From the NCBI GenBank assembly GCA_020632335.1, contig JACKFV010000001.1, forward strand, positions 270,001 to 302,000: a stretch of 32,000 nucleotides of DNA, read 5' to 3'. The position numbers were made by a program, and so were the translations under genes. Below the pieces are notes generated by a model that did no database searches, had not been told where the DNA came from, and saw nothing but the letters and a program-made list of their open reading frames with translations. This document shows, piece after piece, positions 25,887-31,082 of the stretch. The first letter of the stretch is position 1; every line of letters begins with the position of its first letter. This DNA is from Candidatus Saccharimonadota bacterium. Its GTDB lineage: Bacteria > Patescibacteriota > Gracilibacteria > UBA4473.

Positions 25887-26356
25887 GAGGATAGGGGCGG
25901 GTAGCGAAGGGCGTAGAGCGCAATGCCGGCCGCCACACTCACATTCAGCGAGTGCTTGACCCCGTGCATGGGTATCTGCGTATGGAGGAAAGTGAGCGCG
26001 AGTGCCTCAGGGGTACAGCCGTCGACCTCATTCCCTACCAGCAGCGCCAAGCGGTCATAGCGGTGCCAGGGGTGGGTGAAGATATCACCGGCTTGTGGGG
26101 TTTGCTCCAGTGCCACCACGGTATAGCCCTCAGCCGTCAGCTGCTGTATGCAGATGAGCGCGTCGGGCATGGCCTGCCAGGGGAGCGTCTTCTCCGCCCC
26201 GAGGGAGACCTTCTCCAGGCGTCTATCCGGCGGCGTACCGGTATACCCGCAGAGGAAAAGCTTCTCTCCTCCCACAGCGTCTAGGGTACGGAAGAGCGCT
26301 CCCACATTATGCAGCGAGCGTATATTCTCCGCAATGACTACCAAGGAGCGTGGCAT
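25883..26356 (-). CDS. SpoU/TrmH-family RNA 2'-O-methyltransferase
   Basis: SPOUT motifs are present: NIRSLHNVGALFRT, LLVGNEVDG and IPMHGVKHSLNVSVAAGIALY. It overlaps rluD by 4 nt. Confidence 0.85.
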   Translation of the reverse strand: MPRSLVVIAENIRSLHNVGALFRTLDAVGGEKLFLCGYTGTPPDRRLEKVSLGAEKTLPWQAMPDALICIQQLTAEGYTVVALEQTPQAGDIFTHPWHRYDRLALLVGNEVDGCTPEALALTFLHTQIPMHGVKHSLNVSVAAGIALYALRYPPLSS

Positions 26357-26614
26357 CTACGCTGTGGGGGCTGCAGCGGCCTCCAGCGCCGCGACCTCCT
26401 CCTGCAGCAGGGCCTCGGCTTCTCGGTCCCATTTCTTCAGCGTACGGATGGCCTTGGCGCTCAGCGTCACGCGCTCTGTACGACCAGACAGGGGGTTAAA
26501 CACCCGCACCTTAAAGAGATTGGGGCGGAAGACACGCTTGGTGCGTTTGAGCGAGAAGGGTTTATTATTCCCCGCTTTAGGAGCCTTGCCAGTCAGCGCG
26601 CATCGTCGTGCCAT
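26357..26614 (-). CDS. rpmB: 50S ribosomal protein L28
   Basis: MARRCALTGKAPKAGNNKPFSLKRTKRVFRPNL...VTLSAKAIRTL is the canonical L28 pattern. A short acidic/Ala-rich C-terminal extension follows. Confidence 0.9.
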   Translation of the reverse strand: MARRCALTGKAPKAGNNKPFSLKRTKRVFRPNLFKVRVFNPLSGRTERVTLSAKAIRTLKKWDREAEALLQEEVAALEAAAAPTA

Positions 26615-26658
26615 GGGTACAGATTACTGCGGCCACGGTATACACGCCGGGCGCGGTG

Positions 26659-27099
26659 TCAAGAGGATTTCGTGCCGTGGCTATCCAGTAGCGCCGCCAG
26701 GTTCTCGATGGTATTACTCGCCACCGCCTCCTTCCCCGTGAGGACCTGCGCAGGGGCCTCCGTCAGGCGAAAGCTCTGCGTCACGCTCACGAGCGGCTCG
26801 CCCGAACCCATCTGCCAGTAGCGCCGGGAGGGACGGAAAAAGAGCTGCTCTGAGAGCGTTAAGATGAACTGCACCAGCGTCATTTCTTGGTAGGTGAAGA
26901 AGGCAAACGCCGCCGCAATACCGAGCGGAAACCACAGCAGCACTGACTCGATGAGGTTGAGCGCGTAGAGCTTGCCCACCGAGGTATAGAGCCCGTAAGA
27001 CGCAAAGAAGCCGATGAGCAGGTAGATCAGCTGCCGAAAAGACACAAACCAGAAGATCTTGTCTTCGCGGTCTATGTCTTGGGGAACTTTGAATCGCAT
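26659..27099 (-). CDS. PrgI-family (VirB3-like) small membrane protein
   Basis: The N-terminus MRFKVPQDIDREDKIFWFVSFRQLIYLL matches the PrgI-family signature (..KVPqnId.EDKi...lt.rQ..yl) and is followed by two TM helices. Confidence 0.65.
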   Translation of the reverse strand: MRFKVPQDIDREDKIFWFVSFRQLIYLLIGFFASYGLYTSVGKLYALNLIESVLLWFPLGIAAAFAFFTYQEMTLVQFILTLSEQLFFRPSRRYWQMGSGEPLVSVTQSFRLTEAPAQVLTGKEAVASNTIENLAALLDSHGTKSS

Positions 27100-27105
27100 C
27101 AGTGC

Positions 27106-27134
27106 ATACTAGCAGATACCCGGCCAAAAGGCAA
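27106..27134 (-). promoter_or_regulatory. sigma70-type promoter predicting a leaderless PrgI-family mRNA
   Basis: On the minus strand: TTGCCT (27134-27129), 17 nt, TAGTAT (27111-27106), 6 nt, then ATG at 27099. Confidence 0.4.
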
Positions 27135-27167
27135 TAGCAAGCGCCTCCTCGCCCCCAGTGGCAACGG

Positions 27168-29459
27168 CTAGCGGCAGTCCTGCGGGCCGTCACACTGCTG
27201 GTAGGCATGCTGCCCCACCCACTGCTGCACGCAGGTGTCGGGAGTGGTGCCGGCGTCCATACAGCGCTGGAAGGCCGCCCAGGGCATAGAGCCGTCGTTC
27301 TGCGGGGTGGATACCTTACACGGGTAGCCAGCCTGCACCAGATAGCCAAAGCTGGTGGGATTCACGGCCTCCTCACAGATGCCCACGCTCGGCATAGCGA
27401 CGTCACCGGTGTTCTGGCTGGCCAGCGGGGTGATGCGGTAGCTGGTGCCGAGGGAGTTGAAATCGCTCTCGGTCACGTGCACGCAGTACTTGGTGATCTC
27501 ACAGCTTAGGTCGTTGCGGGCCTCTAGGTAGTCAGTACCCGCGGGGTGGTCATAGGGCAGGCAGGATTTCATCACCACGCACTGCTGCTCGGGGCTCTGG
27601 TAGTAGGGCTGGTTATTCACCCACTCGCCTTCCCCGATCTCCTTATGCTTGCAGTAGATGGCGTCATCGTAGGCAAAGCAGTTGAAGGTCACCGGTACCG
27701 GAGCGGGTGTAGTACAGCTGCCCAGGGAATCCCCATGGCTCAGGTGGCCCTTCAGCGAGTTCTCATCTACCGTGATGGTCTCGGCTTTGGAGGTGTCTGG
27801 CGCGTGGCAGAGGGTGATTTTGTCGGTGGGGGCACCACAGTCGGTGTCGCTCCCACACATGCGGTAGCCCTGGCTGACGGCCCACTCCGCGCTACAGTCT
27901 ACGGCAGATTTCTTACTATTCTGCATACAGAGGGCGAATCGCGCATAGCCGGGGTCTGTAGGTTGTGGCCGGCGCGCCGTACACTGGGCATCGGTACAGA
28001 TGTTCACCGCGACAATGTCTGACTCGGTGAAGGTCACCAGCTCCACCGGACCGGTATAACCATTATCCGGGAGCTCGGGGCACTGGGAATCCGCCGTGCA
28101 CGTCATGCGGTTATTCTTCTCGCCATAGGCAGCGTAGCAGTCGTCCAGAGGGGCCTGGTTGTACTTCACACACTTATAGAGCTCGTCATACCCCGGCGAA
28201 TAGGGGTCGACGATGTCCTCTATGCACTGCTGGCCATAGTTACAGTAGCCAATGGTGAGGGTTTCTCCCTCAGGGGCCCCTCCCCCAGAACCGCCACCGC
28301 ATTCGTTATCAGTACTGCAGCTGCTCAGGCCATTTGCCTCTGCCCACGCCGCGCCACAGGTAGCCGCGTCGCCGGTGGACTGCATACAATCCAGTAGATC
28401 TGCGTACCCGGCACTCCCCGGCTGGGGCAGCTGTGGCACACAGGCAGGCGCCCCGAGGGTACTGACACCACAGGTACTCACGAGTGGAGCAGTGGGGTCA
28501 TCCGTAGGCGGCGCGTCTACCCCTGCCACACATGAGGCTCCATCAGAGCCACTTACGCTATCCCCGGTGTCCAGCAGTGTGCTGACGCCAGTAGCGGTAT
28601 TAGAGAGGAAGAGCTTTCCGTCATTCTGGTAGAGGTAGAGCCGGCCATCTGCATGGAAGAATGCCGCCCCTGCCGAGCCCTGCACGGCCGTCTGCGCGGG
28701 GCCAACGTAGCTGGTGGTCCCGGTATTGGGGTTGATCTTCACGAGGCGATCTGTGCCGCTATCAAAGGCGTACCAGTAACCATCAAGCGGATTACGCGCG
28801 ATGTCGGCGATATTGGGGACGCTCCCCCCCGGAGGCGCTATCAGTGGCACCTGCTGGGTCACTGTGGGCGGAGTAGCGGTGACATCAATGAACTGCAGGG
28901 GGCTGGTACCGCCATTCACCAGGTAGGTTCCGTCAGCCAAGAAGGCCCCCGAGAAGGCGCCGCTCTGTACCCCGGTGATGGCTCCCACCACTGCTTCTTC
29001 ATCGTTGGCGCCTATGCGCAGCAGGTCACTCCCCGCTATGGCGTAGATAAAGCCGTCCACGGGGTTAAACGCCGTGGCGTTATACGCGGTGCTCGAGGTG
29101 CCCACAACCGTGCTGGTCATGGCTCCGCTGCCGTCTACCACCAGCCGCTGGAGCGTTGTGCTCCCTCCACTAGTGAGCGAGAGATAGAGGTCTGCATTAC
29201 ACGCAAAGGGAGTCGGTGATGCCCCAGTGCCAGCAGCCGGGGATTTTTTTACCCCGTTATTATTTTCATTCGTTGTGGCGTTGCTGTTGGCATTCGTGTT
29301 GGCATTCCCCGTGCCGGCGCTCTCCTTGCCCACGGCCTGCGCTTGGAGCTGCTCCCCCTGCAGGGCGGCGAGTTCTCTGGTCTGCTGGTCATAACGCACA
29401 TAGAACATCCCCGCGAGAAAAGCGAGTGCGAGGCCAAACAGGAGAGAGAATCGACGCAT
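27168..29459 (-). CDS. large secreted or anchored Cys-rich surface protein of unknown function
   Basis: The 763-aa ORF has an N-terminal signal/anchor (MRRFSLLFGLALAFLAGMF) and an Asn-rich linker. A propeller-like region follows, with recurring YNA.AFNP.DGF.Y, DGYWYAF and DGRLYLY blades. After that come four six-Cys modules and an ICH..HGD motif. Confidence 0.7.
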   Translation of the reverse strand: MRRFSLLFGLALAFLAGMFYVRYDQQTRELAALQGEQLQAQAVGKESAGTGNANTNANSNATTNENNNGVKKSPAAGTGASPTPFACNADLYLSLTSGGSTTLQRLVVDGSGAMTSTVVGTSSTAYNATAFNPVDGFIYAIAGSDLLRIGANDEEAVVGAITGVQSGAFSGAFLADGTYLVNGGTSPLQFIDVTATPPTVTQQVPLIAPPGGSVPNIADIARNPLDGYWYAFDSGTDRLVKINPNTGTTSYVGPAQTAVQGSAGAAFFHADGRLYLYQNDGKLFLSNTATGVSTLLDTGDSVSGSDGASCVAGVDAPPTDDPTAPLVSTCGVSTLGAPACVPQLPQPGSAGYADLLDCMQSTGDAATCGAAWAEANGLSSCSTDNECGGGSGGGAPEGETLTIGYCNYGQQCIEDIVDPYSPGYDELYKCVKYNQAPLDDCYAAYGEKNNRMTCTADSQCPELPDNGYTGPVELVTFTESDIVAVNICTDAQCTARRPQPTDPGYARFALCMQNSKKSAVDCSAEWAVSQGYRMCGSDTDCGAPTDKITLCHAPDTSKAETITVDENSLKGHLSHGDSLGSCTTPAPVPVTFNCFAYDDAIYCKHKEIGEGEWVNNQPYYQSPEQQCVVMKSCLPYDHPAGTDYLEARNDLSCEITKYCVHVTESDFNSLGTSYRITPLASQNTGDVAMPSVGICEEAVNPTSFGYLVQAGYPCKVSTPQNDGSMPWAAFQRCMDAGTTPDTCVQQWVGQHAYQQCDGPQDCR
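27174..28472 (-). repeat. four protein-level copies of a six-cysteine module within the 763-aa ORF
   Basis: Modules lie at aa 330-387, 406-460, 488-541 and 695-762 (nt 28299-28472, 28080-28244, 27837-27998, 27174-27377). The shared spacing is C-x(4-19)-C-x(17-18)-C-x(9-10)-C-x12-C-x5-C. A conserved PGY/GY and an aromatic residue three positions after the fourth Cys are also shared. Confidence 0.7.
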
Positions 29460-29552
29460 GATAGTGAGAATACGCTCCCACTATAGAGACTGCGCCCGGG
29501 GCAGAAAGTCACTTCACCCAGTTTATCTTTACAAGGGCGTAGTAGTGTACTT

Positions 29553-30119
29553 TTATAGTACTACCGCACCACCAGATACCCACCAGTAGAACCCGATGCC
29601 AAAGCCCACCAGGCACAGCACTCCGAGGGCGTGGTCCAGTGGCGAGCCAGTAGGCACCCGCCAGCCGCGAGGCACCACATGCCGGCACTGGGTGATGCGC
29701 AGCAGCGGCCAATAGAGTGGCACTCCGTGGGGTGTCATAGCGTCCAGCAGCAGGTGGCTTGTATACCCGAAGAAGAACGCCAGTGCACTGAGCCACGGCG
29801 TGGGGGCGGAGAGCAGCAGCGCTATACCCCCTACCAGCAGGCCTCCTATAAGAGCAGCCACCAGCGTATGGGTATAGGTGCGATGTGCAAAGAGCCGGCT
29901 GCCGAGCACACACAGCGGCATAAAGGGCTTAAAGGTGAAGCGACGGGTCAAGCGTAAGCCCATATGCGCCACGGTGGCCTGCTGCCCAGAGGCGTCAAAG
30001 TCAGGAAAAACGCCCCCCAGGCCTGCCAGCGCCACATGGGTCAGGCTGAGTTCGCCCGCCAGTGGAGCCACCAAAAGGCTCATACACAGGCCGGCGGCCA
30101 GGTGCGTACGGCCTATCAT
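29553..30119 (-). CDS. YdjM-family (DUF457) membrane-bound metal-dependent hydrolase
   Basis: The N-terminus contains GRTHL. Motifs FPDFDA, FAHRTYTHTLV and GYTSHLLLDAMTPHGVPLYWP are collinear with E. coli YdjM (LPDIDH, FGHRGFTHSLL, GYLSHILADMLTPAGVPLLWP). Confidence 0.8.
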   Translation of the reverse strand: MIGRTHLAAGLCMSLLVAPLAGELSLTHVALAGLGGVFPDFDASGQQATVAHMGLRLTRRFTFKPFMPLCVLGSRLFAHRTYTHTLVAALIGGLLVGGIALLLSAPTPWLSALAFFFGYTSHLLLDAMTPHGVPLYWPLLRITQCRHVVPRGWRVPTGSPLDHALGVLCLVGFGIGFYWWVSGGAVVL

Positions 30120-30994
30120 GCCCCCGTGCGGAAGTGGTAGATCTCCTGCGCTACGGACTCCGCGTGCGGAATAACCCTCAGTCGCGTGACGCCCTGGGTA
30201 GCGGAGTTGATCTTGAGCGTGCCATAGCCGAATACCCAGCCCCAGAAGCCGGCTTTTTCTGCTGTTACCTTCCCGAGGGTAGCCCAGAGCTCGGACTGCC
30301 GCCAGGTGCCAAAGAGCTCTCTATTCTGTACAATCAGTCGCTCAGACGTGAGAAAAAGCAGGTCGTGGTTATAGTCCAGCCAGTGCCCCCAGAAGAAGAT
30401 CAGCGCCGACACCCCAAAGCACGCCGCAAATATATGCCCCCAGAGGCTGCCCGGTAGTGCCCACCACATATAGATGGCCGCCATCATACAGAGGAGCACC
30501 ACGCCCATACCCCGGTAGAACACCACCGGGTGGTGCTGCACCACCGCCAGCAGGCGCTCACCAGGGAGCGGCGCATACACATGCCCCTCCACCGCAGCGG
30601 CGCGGTCAGCACTGGTGACCTCACTCCCTCCGTAGAGGCGGGCAAACTTGGCTATCCGTAAGATACGCAGTGGCGCAAACACCGGCGGGATGAGGTCTAC
30701 CCCCACCAGCGGCAGGTAGAACGGCACCACCGCGAGGAAGTCGATCAGCCCCCACCAGCTGAAGATATACCGCAGGCGGTCCCTCGCCGAGAGGATACGC
30801 AGAACGTACTCCACGGTGAAGAGCCCCAGCGCCAGGCGTTCGAAGGTCTGTACCAGCGGCCACTGCTGCGCGCTCCCCCAGATCTCAAAGGGCAGCAGCG
30901 CCACCGAGAGCAAGATCACCAGCACCAGCAGCCCGTGGAAGAGGCGACTCAGCGGCCGGAAGGGTTGGAAGAGGAGACGGTGCAGCCATGCCAT
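30116..30994 (-). CDS. pore-less voltage-sensor domain (S1-S4) fused to a membrane-flanked bPH_2 domain
   Basis: Residues 17-121 are collinear with S1-S4 of the K+ channel at 2356. S2 has FTVEYVLRIL, S3 has WGLIDFLAVVPF, and S4 reads LRILRIAKFARL with R/K at every third position. Residues 146-288 form two TM helices plus LFLTSERLIVQ...WVFGYGTLKIN. There is no TVGYG-type P-loop. Confidence 0.7.
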   Translation of the reverse strand: MAWLHRLLFQPFRPLSRLFHGLLVLVILLSVALLPFEIWGSAQQWPLVQTFERLALGLFTVEYVLRILSARDRLRYIFSWWGLIDFLAVVPFYLPLVGVDLIPPVFAPLRILRIAKFARLYGGSEVTSADRAAAVEGHVYAPLPGERLLAVVQHHPVVFYRGMGVVLLCMMAAIYMWWALPGSLWGHIFAACFGVSALIFFWGHWLDYNHDLLFLTSERLIVQNRELFGTWRQSELWATLGKVTAEKAGFWGWVFGYGTLKINSATQGVTRLRVIPHAESVAQEIYHFRTGA

Positions 30995-31000
30995 ATGCTA

Positions 31001-31028
31001 ATTATGCAGCTTATGAGAAATACCGCAA
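31001..31028 (-). promoter_or_regulatory. sigma70-type promoter predicting a leaderless mRNA for the voltage-sensor/bPH gene
   Basis: On the minus strand: TTGCGG (31028-31023), 16 nt, CATAAT (31006-31001), 6 nt, then ATG at 30994. Confidence 0.4.
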
Positions 31029-31048
31029 GGCAAAACGCAGCGCTGGCA

Positions 31049-31076
31049 TTGCTCAGTGGTCATGGTTTTTTATCAT
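31049..31076 (+). promoter_or_regulatory. sigma70-type promoter predicting a leaderless SLH-protein mRNA
   Basis: TTGCTC (31049-31054), 16 nt, TATCAT (31071-31076), 6 nt, then ATG at 31083. Confidence 0.4.
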
Positions 31077-31082
31077 ACGGGT

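Noticed and set aside
29253-29312. The Asn-rich stretch (NANTNANSNATTNENNN), considered as a nucleotide tandem repeat or phase-variation tract.
   Set aside because: The underlying DNA uses mixed AAT/AAC/GCC/ACG codons without a repeating unit or homopolymer. It is a low-complexity linker, not a slippage-prone repeat.
26659-29459. The idea that the PrgI-like gene and the large surface protein mark a type IV secretion or conjugation locus.
   Set aside because: No VirB4/VirD4 ATPase, VirB6-like channel protein, relaxase or pilin is present in the window, and the flanking genes are housekeeping. I report it only as an orphan PrgI-family gene.
29539-29564. An imperfect inverted repeat, GTAGTAC-TATAAAA-GTAC(AC)TAC on the minus strand, at the end of the YdjM-like gene.
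   Set aside because: The stem is AT-rich with a 2-nt bulge, it includes the stop codon, and no T-run follows it. It is not convincing as an intrinsic terminator.
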